NCBI RefSeq assembly: GCF_000006765.1
Contig: NC_002516.2
Length of the DNA: 64,000 nt
Reading direction: 5' to 3' (one strand)
Source of the DNA: Pseudomonas aeruginosa PAO1
GTDB taxonomy: Bacteria; Pseudomonadota; Gammaproteobacteria; Pseudomonadales; Pseudomonadaceae
Shown here: positions 44,780-53,791 of the stretch, piece after piece
Layout: every line of letters begins with the position of its first letter
Numbering within the stretch: position 1 is the stretch's first letter
Translations under genes and position numbers: made by a program
The notes under the pieces: model-generated
The model's input: the letters and a program-made list of their open reading frames with translations, nothing else
The model's database searches: none
Told to the model about the DNA's origin: nothing

Positions 44780-45087
44780 CACTGCTCCTTGGTCTGCTCT
44801 TCTTCTTCCCGGGCACACCAGCCGCAGCGAAATTCGCGGCCGAGCTGTCTGTGCCGCTCGTTTTCGTCAAGGACCCAGGCGCGCGATTGCCAGGGCGGTT
44901 GGTGGCGCAGGTGTTGAGTATGGCCACAGGACAAGACTGCCACCCAATGGCCTTCCTCGTCCTGATGAAAATCAATCACCCGCGACGGCGCTCGCGCGCC
45001 CCGTTCATCAGGGGCGCGGTCGCTTTCGGGGCTATTGATGCGTACACTTACGCATTCATCTTCTTTATCGAAAAGGTTTCGAACCAT
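44779..45087 (-). CDS. DUF3565-like small Cys/His protein
   Basis: [36 protein letters not shown]...FRCGWC resembles DUF3565. Its stop overlaps the ackA start (TGATG). Start uncertain: ATG 45087 or GTG 44979. Confidence 0.75.
44962..44975 (-). promoter_or_regulatory. Anr (FNR-type) box for ackA-pta
   Basis: TTGAT-TTTC-ATCAG, one mismatch to TTGAT-N4-ATCAA, about 185 nt upstream of ackA; ackA-pta is a known anaerobically induced operon. Confidence 0.75.
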
Positions 45088-45571
45088 GCAGATCGCGGCC
45101 AACAAGGCGGTTTCCATCGACTATACCCTGACCAACGACGCCGGGGATGTCATCGACAGTTCCGCTGGTGGCGCGCCGCTGGTCTACCTGCACGGTGCCG
45201 GCAACATCATCGTCGGCCTGGAGAAGGCCCTGGAAGGCAAGAACGTCGGTGACGAACTGAGCGTCGCCATCGAGCCGGAAGACGCCTATGGCGAATACAG
45301 CGCCGAACTGGTCGCGACCCTGACCCGCGAGATGTTCGAAGGCGTCGACGAACTGGAAGTCGGCATGCAGTTCCACGCCTCGGCTCCGGACGGCGGCATG
45401 CAGATCGTCACCATCCGCGACATCGACGGCGACGACGTGACCGTCGATGGCAACCATCCGCTGGCCGGCCAGCGCCTGAACTTCAAGGTCAAGGTAGTCG
45501 ACGTGCGCGAGGCCAACGCCGAGGAAATCGCCCATGGTCACATCCATGGCGAAGGCGGTCACCACCACTGA
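45086..45571 (+). CDS. slyD: FKBP-type peptidyl-prolyl isomerase SlyD (PA0837)
   Basis: 161 aa from [15 protein letters not shown]; YLHGAGNII.GLEKAL, VDGNHPLAG, His-rich tail. Confidence 0.96.
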   Translation: MQIAANKAVSIDYTLTNDAGDVIDSSAGGAPLVYLHGAGNIIVGLEKALEGKNVGDELSVAIEPEDAYGEYSAELVATLTREMFEGVDELEVGMQFHASAPDGGMQIVTIRDIDGDDVTVDGNHPLAGQRLNFKVKVVDVREANAEEIAHGHIHGEGGHHH

Positions 45572-45634
45572 TCGGCGTTCATTCGCCGATTGATGGCCTG
45601 GGCCGTCCGCCGGCGGAACTGCTAAGCTGGTATA

Positions 45635-45662
45635 GCGAAAGGCGCCTTTGGGCGCCTTTCGC
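45635..45662. terminator. Perfect 12-bp hairpin after slyD
   Basis: GCGAAAGGCGCC-tttg-GGCGCCTTTCGC. Confidence 0.65.
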
Positions 45663-45776
45663 GTCATGCGCCATGCCTGGGCTCTTTACCCCGTCCCTGG
45701 GGATGCGCCGCAGCCAGGGTTCTTGCCCGGTGCGGGGCTTGGCACGTTGTGTCGCTGAATGCGCAAGGAGTACGTC

Positions 45777-46259
45777 ATGAGTGCCTTTCACGATCTCACC
45801 CTGCAGGGGTTGGATGGACAGGACCTGCCGCTTTCCCCGTTCAAGGGCAAGGTGCTGCTGGTGGTCAATGTCGCCTCCAAATGCGGCCTGACACCCCAGT
45901 ACGCCGGCCTGGAGAATCTCTACCAGACCTACCGCGAGCGCGGTTTCGCGGTGCTCGGCGTGCCCTGCAACCAGTTCGCCGGCCAGGAGCCGGGCAGCGA
46001 GGCGGATATCCAGTCCTTCTGTAGCCTGAACTATGGCGTCAGCTTCCCGATGAGCGCCAAGGTCGAGGTCAACGGCAGCGCGCGGCATCCGCTCTATCGC
46101 CTGCTGGCGGGCGAGGGCGCGGAGTTTCCCGGCGACATCACCTGGAACTTCGAGAAATTCCTCCTCGGTCCCGACGGTCGCGTGCTGGCGCGTTTCAGCC
46201 CGCGCACGGCGCCGGACGACCCGGCCCTGGTGCAAGCCATCGAGAAGGCCCTGGGTTGA
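45777..46259 (+). CDS. Glutathione peroxidase family protein (PA0838)
   Basis: 160 aa after AAGGAG; VNVASKCGLTPQY, PCNQF..QEPG and WNFEKFL motifs. Confidence 0.95.
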   Translation: MSAFHDLTLQGLDGQDLPLSPFKGKVLLVVNVASKCGLTPQYAGLENLYQTYRERGFAVLGVPCNQFAGQEPGSEADIQSFCSLNYGVSFPMSAKVEVNGSARHPLYRLLAGEGAEFPGDITWNFEKFLLGPDGRVLARFSPRTAPDDPALVQAIEKALG

Positions 46260-46384
46260 TCTCCCCCGCGGGACGCGTTCGCGTCCCGCCGCTTCCTTTC
46301 CTGTCTTGCGCCGGTTCATGACGCAACGCGATAAGTCCCTGCCTGTAACGCCTGATCACCGCCGTTGATAATGCTGGGCGGACG

Positions 46385-46398
46385 AGACGACCGGTCAT
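46385..46398. promoter_or_regulatory. Candidate TetR operator
   Basis: AGACGACCGGTCAT with palindromic core GACCGGTC, 14-27 nt before the TetR ATG; resembles NemR-type boxes. Confidence 0.45.
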
Positions 46399-46411
46399 AT
46401 TCTCTCGTTCC

Positions 46412-47002
46412 ATGACTAGCAACCGACTCGACAAGCGCGAACTGATCCTGGCCAAGGGCTCCGAGGTCATGACCCGGCGTGGCTACCACGGCACCGGGGT
46501 GCTGGAGATCGTCCAGGCCGCGCGCATCCCCAAGGGCTCCTTCTATCACTACTTCGACAGCAAGGAAGCCTTCGCCCAGCAGGCCCTGGAGCACGTCTAC
46601 GCGCCGCGCCTGGCGCGCTACGCCCAGGCCCTCGGCGACAGCCGCTTCAGCCCGCGCGAGCGGGTGCTGCGCTACTACGGCGAGCTACTGGAGCACTTCG
46701 CCCGCCAGGAAAAGCCCGAATACCACTGCTTCATCGGCAGCCTGAGCTTCGAGATGGCCGAGCTGTCGCCGCCGATCGCGGCCAAGGTCGAGTCGATCCT
46801 GCAGGCTTCCGCGCAAATCCTCCAGGACTGCCTGGAGCAGGCGCGCGAGGCCGGCGAACTGGCCGCCGACGAGGACTGCGCGAGCCTGGCCGGCTTCATC
46901 GGCTTCGCCTGGCAGGGCGCCCTGGCGCGCTTCAAGGTCGGCGCCGGCCTCGCTCCGTTGAATGCTTTCATGTCGCGCCTGGAGCTGCTGCTCCGCGCCT
47001 GA
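46412..47002 (+). CDS. TetR-family regulator, NemR-like (PA0839)
   Basis: 196 aa; GYHGTGVLEIVQAARIPKGSFYHYFDSKEAF; upstream of an Old Yellow Enzyme gene. Confidence 0.92.
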   Translation: MTSNRLDKRELILAKGSEVMTRRGYHGTGVLEIVQAARIPKGSFYHYFDSKEAFAQQALEHVYAPRLARYAQALGDSRFSPRERVLRYYGELLEHFARQEKPEYHCFIGSLSFEMAELSPPIAAKVESILQASAQILQDCLEQAREAGELAADEDCASLAGFIGFAWQGALARFKVGAGLAPLNAFMSRLELLLRA

Positions 47003-47042
47003 TACCTGCCCGAACCTCCCATTCCCCCTCAGGAGTCCGTCC

Positions 47043-48155
47043 ATGAGTGCCCCCGTAGAAGCCCTGTTCCAACCGTTCCGCCTCGGCGCCCTGGAACTGC
47101 CCACCCGTGTGGTGATGGCACCGATGACCCGCAACTTTTCCCCCGGCGGCGTACCCAACGCCAAGGTCGTCGAGTACTACCGCCGGCGCGCCGCCGCCGG
47201 CGTCGGCCTGATCGTCAGCGAAGGCACCACGGTCGGCCACAAGGCCGCCAACGGCTATCCGAACGTGCCGCGCTTCTATGGCGAGGACGCCCTGGCCGGC
47301 TGGAAGCAGGTGGTCGACGCGGTGCATGCCGAGGGCGGGCGCATCGTTCCGCAGCTCTGGCACGTCGGCAGCGTCCGGCGCCTGGGCGTGGAGCCGGACG
47401 CCAGCGTGCCCGGCTACGGCCCGATGGAGAAGGCCAAGGACGGCAAGGTGCTGGTCCACGGCATGAGCAAGGCCGACATCCAGGAGGTCATCGCCGCCTT
47501 CGCCCAGGCCGCCCGCGACGCCCAGGCGATCGGCATGGATGGGGTGGAGATCCACGGCGCCCACGGCTACCTGATCGACCAGTTCTTCTGGGAAGGCAGC
47601 AACCAGCGGGACGACGAGTACGGCGGCAGCCTGGCCAATCGCTCGCGCTTCGCCGTCGAACTGGTGCGGGCGGTGCGCGCGGCGGTCGGCGCGGATTTCC
47701 CGATCATCTTCCGCTTCTCCCAATGGAAGCAGCAGGACTATTCCGCGCGCCTGGTGGAAACCCCGGAGGGCCTGCGCGAGTTCCTCGCGCCGCTGGTGGA
47801 GGCCGGCGTCGACATCTTCCACTGCTCGACCCGCCGCTTCTGGATTCCCGAGTTCGAAGGCTCGGAACTCAACCTGGCCGGCTGGACCCGCGAGCTGACC
47901 GGCAAGCCGACCATTACCGTGGGTAACGTCGGCCTGGACGGCAGCGAGTTCCTGCAATTCTTCGGCAAAACCGACGAGGTGGCGCAGCCGGCGAGCATCG
48001 ACGGCCTGGTGGAGCGCCTGGACAAGGGCGAGTTCGACCTGGTCGCGGTGGGCCGCGCGCTGCTGGTGGATCCGGAGTGGGCGGTGAAGGTCCGCGAGGG
48101 GCGCATCGGCGACATCAAGCCGTTCAGCCGCGAGGCCCTGGCCAGCCTGGTCTGA
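47043..48155 (+). CDS. NADH:flavin oxidoreductase, Old Yellow Enzyme family (PA0840)
   Basis: 370 aa; VMAPMTR, QLWHVG, GVEIHGAHGYLIDQF and DEYGGSLANRSRF motifs. Confidence 0.94.
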   Translation: MSAPVEALFQPFRLGALELPTRVVMAPMTRNFSPGGVPNAKVVEYYRRRAAAGVGLIVSEGTTVGHKAANGYPNVPRFYGEDALAGWKQVVDAVHAEGGRIVPQLWHVGSVRRLGVEPDASVPGYGPMEKAKDGKVLVHGMSKADIQEVIAAFAQAARDAQAIGMDGVEIHGAHGYLIDQFFWEGSNQRDDEYGGSLANRSRFAVELVRAVRAAVGADFPIIFRFSQWKQQDYSARLVETPEGLREFLAPLVEAGVDIFHCSTRRFWIPEFEGSELNLAGWTRELTGKPTITVGNVGLDGSEFLQFFGKTDEVAQPASIDGLVERLDKGEFDLVAVGRALLVDPEWAVKVREGRIGDIKPFSREALASLV

Positions 48156-48198
48156 AGGCGCGTCCGCGACACACCGGTCCGGCGCTGCGCCGGCAAGG

Positions 48199-48226
48199 AA
48201 ATCCCACCCCTCGGGGTGGGATTTTT
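48199..48226 (+). terminator. Intrinsic terminator
   Basis: AAATCCCACCCC-tc-GGGGTGGGATTT-TT. Confidence 0.85.
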
Positions 48227-48345
48227 CATGGCCGTGATTTTTTCCGAAAACCCGCCCTGCGACCGGCTGACTTCAAAGTCCGAAACCGGCATTGTATGAC
48301 CGCCAACACAACAATAGGCCGAGAAACGGCCAGAGGAGCGAATCC

Positions 48346-49305
48346 ATGCGTATCGGCCTGGTGGTCGACGCGACCTGCGACCTGCCGCCCGAATTCCTCG
48401 CCGCCCACGGCATCCGCGTGATGCCGATCGGGATCCGCCTGGGCGAGCAGCGGCTCATCGATCGACGCGACCCCGACACCACCCTGAGCTTTTACCGCGA
48501 CCACCTGCCCAAGGTCGGTAGCAAGGACGGCAGCCAGCCGCTCTCCGCCGCCGAGTTGCAACAATGGTTCCTCGACGAACTGGTGACCGACTTCGACTAC
48601 GTGGTCTGCCTCACCGTCGACAGCCTGCGCAGTCCGATCTTCGAGCACGCCACCCAGGCCTCCTTCGGCCTGCTCCAGCACTACCACGAGCGCCGCCACG
48701 CGGCCGGCATCGCCGGTCCCTTCACCCTGCGCGTACTCGACAGCCACTCGGTGTTCGCCGGCATCGCCTGCCTGGCGGCCGAGGGCACGCGCCTGCTGGC
48801 GCAGGGCAGCCACCCCAACGCGCTGCGTACGCGCCTCGAACAGCTCAGCCAGCAGACCTGCACCTACCTGGTCGCCGATGACCTGGGCCACTTGCGCCGG
48901 CGCGGCTTCCAGAAGGGTGATCGCAGCGGTTTCGTCGACCGGGTCAAGGGCGCAGCGCTGGGGTTGGGCTCGCTGCTCGACGTCAAGCCGGTGTTCAGCC
49001 TGGCCGATGGCGAGGACAAACCGGTGGCGCTCTCGCCGAGCTTCGAGAAGTCGGCGGAGAAGCTGTTCGGCTATGCCCTGGCGCGGGTACAGGCGGGTGA
49101 GCTGCTGGCACCGCAACTGGGTCTCAGCTATGCCGGCGATCCGACCGCGCTGCGCGACCTGCCGGGCTTCGCCGCGCTGGAGAACGCCTGCCGCGAGCGC
49201 GACATCCACTTGCACCTGGGCATGCTCAGCCCTACCGGCGGCATCAATCTGGGCGCCGGGGCCATGAGCCTGGGCTTCATCGCCACGCCGAAAGCCTTTG
49301 CCTGA
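48346..49305 (+). CDS. DegV/FakB-like fatty-acid-binding protein (PA0841)
   Basis: 319 aa after GAGGAG; MRIGLVVDATCDLP, SQP, LDSHS, DDLGHLRRRG and SLLDVKPV follow the DegV motif pattern. Confidence 0.82.
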   Translation: MRIGLVVDATCDLPPEFLAAHGIRVMPIGIRLGEQRLIDRRDPDTTLSFYRDHLPKVGSKDGSQPLSAAELQQWFLDELVTDFDYVVCLTVDSLRSPIFEHATQASFGLLQHYHERRHAAGIAGPFTLRVLDSHSVFAGIACLAAEGTRLLAQGSHPNALRTRLEQLSQQTCTYLVADDLGHLRRRGFQKGDRSGFVDRVKGAALGLGSLLDVKPVFSLADGEDKPVALSPSFEKSAEKLFGYALARVQAGELLAPQLGLSYAGDPTALRDLPGFAALENACRERDIHLHLGMLSPTGGINLGAGAMSLGFIATPKAFA

Positions 49306-49308
49306 GAG

Positions 49309-50529
49309 CTACTCGCGGCTGCGTGGCAAGGCCCCGCCATCCTCTGCCGGCGGCCGCTCGGGCTTCGACCGAGCGGGCTGGACCAGCGGACTGGCGCAGG
49401 CGTCTTCCAGGTAGTTCTGGAAGTGCTCGACGATACTGTCCCAACCTTGCCGGCTGGCGTGTTGGCGGGCGTTGAGACGGACCCGGCGCAGGCGTTCCTG
49501 GTCGTCCAGCAGCCAACTGGCGACTTCGACGAAGCCGCTCTTGTCGCCCGGCGCGGCGAGCACGCCGTTGTGCCCATGGCGGATGTGCTGGCCGGCGGCG
49601 GCCTGGTCGAAGGCGACCACCGCGAGACCGGCGGCCTGGGCTTCGAGGACCACGTTGCCGAAGGTCTCCGACAGGCTTGGGAAGAGGAACAGGTCGCCCG
49701 AGGCGTAGTGGGCGGCCAGGGTTTCGCCGCGCTGGACGCCGCAGAACAGCGCTTCGGGCAGGTCCCGTTCGAGGTGCTTGCGCTCCGGCCCGTCGCCCAC
49801 CAGTACCAGGCGCAGCTTCAGCTGCGGATGGGCGGCGCAGAGCGCGCGGAAGGTGCCGCCGAGCAGGCCGAGGTTCTTCTCCGCCGCCAGCCGGCCGACG
49901 TGCAGTACGGCGATGTCCTGTTCGCCCAGGCCCCAGCGCCGGCGTAGTTCGGGATCGCGCCGGGAGGGATGGAAGAGTTGGCTGTCGACCCCGCGGGAGA
50001 GCAGGTTGAGGCGTTCGAAACCGCGCCGTTGCAATTCCATGCGCTGGCTGCCGCTGGGCACCAGGGTCATCTGCGTGCGGTTGTGGAACCAGCGCAGGTA
50101 GCCGGTGACCAGCCGGGTCAGCGGGCCGAAGCCGTAGTGCTCGCTGTACTGCTGGAAGTTGGTGTGGAAACCGCTGACCGCCGGGATGCCCAGGCGCCGC
50201 GCGGCGCGCAGGGCGGAGAAGCCGAGCGGGCCTTCGGTGGCGATGTAGAGCACGTCCGGGCGCTGGCGCTTCCAGCAGCGCAGCAGCTTGTGCAGGCTCG
50301 ACATGCCCCATTGCAGGCCGGGGTAGCCGGGCAACGGCCAGCCGCGGGTCAGCACCAGCTCGGCGTCGCTGCGCCGGCCGTCGTCGCCGGGCTGGCGCGG
50401 GCGCACCACCTGGACCCGATGGCCAAGCTGCTGGAGACCGGCATGCAGGCGACCCAGGGTATTGGCGACGCCGTTGACTTCCGGTGGGTAGGTTTCGCTG
50501 ATCAGGGCGATGCTTAGAGGTCTGCTCAT
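49309..50529 (-). CDS. agt2: GT4 glycosyltransferase, phosphate-starvation glycolipid synthase (PA0842)
   Basis: 406 aa; ISETYPPEVNGVA, HVGRLAAEKN and FPSLSETFGNVVLEA motifs; Pho boxes upstream. Symbol from recollection of the literature. Confidence 0.85.
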   Translation of the reverse strand: MSRPLSIALISETYPPEVNGVANTLGRLHAGLQQLGHRVQVVRPRQPGDDGRRSDAELVLTRGWPLPGYPGLQWGMSSLHKLLRCWKRQRPDVLYIATEGPLGFSALRAARRLGIPAVSGFHTNFQQYSEHYGFGPLTRLVTGYLRWFHNRTQMTLVPSGSQRMELQRRGFERLNLLSRGVDSQLFHPSRRDPELRRRWGLGEQDIAVLHVGRLAAEKNLGLLGGTFRALCAAHPQLKLRLVLVGDGPERKHLERDLPEALFCGVQRGETLAAHYASGDLFLFPSLSETFGNVVLEAQAAGLAVVAFDQAAAGQHIRHGHNGVLAAPGDKSGFVEVASWLLDDQERLRRVRLNARQHASRQGWDSIVEHFQNYLEDACASPLVQPARSKPERPPAEDGGALPRSRE

Positions 50530-50551
50530 GACGTCAGTGTCGACCGACGCC

Positions 50552-50591
50552 GTGTAGCGGATGTGAAGTTTTGGTGACGCTTGCGTGACGG
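50552..50591 (-). promoter_or_regulatory. PhoB box array
   Basis: Minus strand CCGTCAC-gcaa-GCGTCAC-caaa-ACTTCAC-atcc-GCTACAC: four heptamers at exact 11-bp period, resembling CTGTCAT. Confidence 0.8.
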
Positions 50592-50616
50592 CGCCCCTGT
50601 CGGGGCGCCGTGGATT

Positions 50617-51240
50617 TCAGCGTTGCAGCAGGCGTGGGTTCTCCTCGCCGAAGATCTGCTTGCGCAGGGCCTTGAGGCGTTCGTCGATGGCGGCGTGACG
50701 CTGCTCCTCGTCGTCGACGCTGGCGAGCACCTCGGCGATCACCTTGTCCGACTCTTGCGCGTATTCGCGCAGTTGCTCTTCCTCGCCAGGCGTCGGCGCT
50801 TGCTGCTGGACGGAGGCGTTGTCCTTGAGCGCCATCCAGATCTCGAAGTCGAGCGCCTCGCGGCGCCTGGCATCGGCCTCCACATAGGGCGTCAGACGCT
50901 GGATCTCCTCGAAGGTCTGGCGCGGATCGGCGCCGACCGCCACCTCGCGCTTGAGCTGTTCGATCAGACCTTCGGCGGCCTGCTTGCGTTCGATCTCGGA
51001 CATCTGCCCGGCGTTGCGGCCGAACTCGCCGAGTTGCTGTTCCAGGTTGTCGGGAGCGGTGGCTGTATTCATCTCGGGGGCTCGGGAAGGAATGGAAGGT
51101 TTTGCCGCCGGTGTGGCCTGCGGGGGAGACGCGAAGGGCGCGACGGGCGCCGGCTCCGATGGGTAAAACAACAGGACGGCGCCGATGGCCGTGCCGCAGA
51201 GCAGCAGGGCCAGCAAGGTCCAGGTCAGGGTAGGTCTCAT
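50617..51240 (-). CDS. plcR: Phospholipase C accessory protein PlcR (PA0843)
   Basis: 207 aa from [15 protein letters not shown]; directly downstream of plcH. Confidence 0.92.
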
Positions 51241-51257
51241 GCGATGGACTCCTCGCT

Positions 51258-53450
51258 TCAGGTCGCTGCGATGTCGAGCAATGGATCGCTCCTGCTCGGC
51301 TTGCCGGTCTCGACGTGTCCGGCCAGGCGGCGGAGATAGTTGGCTTCCGTATTGCTGGCGGTCACGCTGAGGTCGTACCAGCCCTGGCTGCTGCGTAACA
51401 GCCACACTTCACTGATCGCCTGGTTCGGTTCGAGTTCATAGCGACGGCTGCCCTCCCGGGTATAGGCCGGGTTCGGCGTCACCGTCACGCTGCACGGCAG
51501 GCGGCCGAGATTGCGGATGTTCAACTGCAGGTTGCCGTTGCGTTGATAGGTGACCGATACCTCGGGCCGCGCCATCTGCGCGGCGAGATGCAGGTTGCCG
51601 TGGAACTCGCGGAAGAAGCCGTTGGGGCCGTGCACCTCGAAGGCGTAGCGGCCGTTGGCGTCGAGCAGGTCGTCGAGTTCGTCGTTGAGGGTCCGGCCCA
51701 GTTCCTCTCCGCTTTCCTGGACCACCGGATAGCTGGTCACGGTATAGAAGCGCGGATTGCCGACTTCCCGCGGCTGCACCTGGAATACCGCAGCGGAGTG
51801 TCCCTGCGGATTGCCCGGCAGGCTCATGCCGTCGTTGCCCAGGGTCAGGCGCAGCTTGCCGGCGGCGATGTCGAGGGCCAGCGTGGCGTGCAACTGGTAG
51901 GGCACCGCGAGGGTAGGGCGCTGGCCCTTTTCCTGGCCGGGCAGGCTCTTGGGCTCGTAGGACCAGTATTTGGGACTGGGCCGGTAGAACTGCTGCCAGT
52001 AGGCGTCCTCCTTGCGCGCGTCGCTCTGCGGGACGTTGGTCAGGTCGGGGGCGACCTGGGTATCGCCTGCGCCCTGGAAGTCGAACAGCGAAGTCAGGTC
52101 GCCGCAGACGGCACGCCGCCAGGGCGAGATGTTTTCCTCGACGACGCCGAAGCGGCGTTCGAGGAAGCGCAGCACCGAGGTATGGTCGAACACTTCGGCG
52201 CTGACCTTGCCGCCCTTCGACCAGGGCGAGATGGCGATCAGCGGGACGCGGTGGCCGAGCCCGATGGGCAGCCCGCTGGATACCTCGATCTCGCCGGCGG
52301 TGCTGACCGTGGAAAGGCCGACGCCATCCTTCCACGGCGGCACCGGGGCGCTGGCGTGGTCATAGAAGCCGTCGCCCTCGTCGTAGTTGAGGATGAACAC
52401 GGTCCTGGCCCAGACCTCGGGGTTGCTGGTCAGCGCCTCGAGCACCCGGGTCACGTAGTACTCGCCGAACGAGGGGCCCCACCAGGGATGCTCGCAGTAG
52501 CAGTAGGGCGCGACGATCCACGACACCTGCGGCAGCGTGTTCTCCTGCACATCCTTGCGCAACTGGTCGACGCCGCGGGCGAGCATGGCGCGCTGCCAGA
52601 GGTCCGAATCGCGCGGAGCGTTCTTGAAGTTCCTGAACCAGGCGAGGGCGTTGCAGTCGTAGTTGTTCTGCTCCTGGAGCCGGTATTTCCAGTAGGCGTC
52701 GACGTACAGGTACCAGAGTGACGAGGAGCGGTAGCCGCCTTCCTGGTAGACCCGCCAGTCCACGCCAGCGGCGCTTAGCCGCTCGGGATAGGTGGTCCAG
52801 TCCACCGTGCCGCTGGCGCCGATGGTGCCGTCGCCCATGTCGTTGCCGATGTGTACGTCCTTGCCGTCGCCGCTGGGGGCGGCGCGTCCGCTCATGTGGT
52901 AGAGGCGGTTCGGATTGGTCGGGCCCATCATCGACTGGTGGTAGGCCTCGCACAGGGTGAAGGCGTCGGCCAGGGCGTAGTAGTAGGGAATGTCGCCGCG
53001 CTTGAAGTAGCCCATGGCTTCGGGGTACTGCACCGCCATCCACTTGTCGTTGCGGCCCTGGTTCCAGATCGCGTGGAAGGCCGACCATTCATGGTTCTGC
53101 GAACTCACCCACTGGGCGCTGGTGACCTTGGTATCCCAGTGATAGGGGGAGAACTCGTACTTGTAGTTCTGGTACCAGACCGGCTTGCCGTCCTGGCGCT
53201 TGAGCGCGCGAGGGTCGTTGAAGCCGCGGACGCCGTTGAGGTGGCCGAAGTAGTGATCGAAGCTGCGGTTCTCCTGCATCAGGATGACCACGTGCTGGAC
53301 GTCCTGGATGGTTCCGGTGCGGATGTCCGGCTCGACGGCCAGGGCGCGCCGGAGCGTCTCCGGGAACAGCCCGGAAAGGCCGGCCAGGGTAGCGGCCTGG
53401 GCGCCGTGCTTGAGAAAGGTTCGACGGCGGAATTTCCAGTTTTCGGTCAT
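51258..53450 (-). CDS. plcH: Haemolytic phospholipase C (PA0844)
   Basis: 730 aa; Tat signal FRRRTFLK; [29 protein letters not shown] and FDHTSVLRF motifs. Confidence 0.97.
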
Positions 53451-53473
53451 CGTTTTATTTCCCGGGTGGTTTT

Positions 53474-53487
53474 TTGATTTCCATCAA
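53474..53487. promoter_or_regulatory. Perfect Anr box in the plcH leader
   Basis: TTGAT-TTCC-ATCAA, 24-37 nt upstream of the ATG, a position consistent with repression. Confidence 0.85.
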
Positions 53488-53594
53488 TCTGCGTACTTCT
53501 TGTTTCGAGATGATTAATCGTCTTCGCTGTTTTTCCGGCAGGGAATACAGCGAGCCGATGGTTTCATGGCGATAATTTATCGGTTGATCCCGAA

Positions 53595-53622
53595 AGCGAC
53601 TTCGATATGACCTTGAGCGACA
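53595..53622 (-). promoter_or_regulatory. Direct-repeat activator site upstream of plcH (GbdR and/or PhoB candidate)
   Basis: Minus strand TGTCGC-TCAA-GGTCAT-ATCGA-AGTCGC; GTCGC repeats 21 bp apart. plcH is known to be GbdR- and PhoB-regulated. Confidence 0.5.
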
Positions 53623-53650
53623 ACTTGAGAAGTTTTTCGGGATAAAAACA

Positions 53651-53680
53651 AAGGGCATGGAAATGGAGTTCCATGCCCTT
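53651..53680 (-). terminator. cerN terminator
   Basis: AAGGGCATGGAA-6 nt-TTCCATGCCCTT followed by TGTTTTT on the minus strand. Confidence 0.85.
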
Positions 53681-53791
53681 GTCGGCTGAATGAAAGGTCA
53701 CTTGTTCATGTGTTTTAAATCACATTTTATTTGACGACTTTCATGCGTCATAAAGTTGGCTGGCGAATCTCGCAACCTTGGCTGGAGCCCG

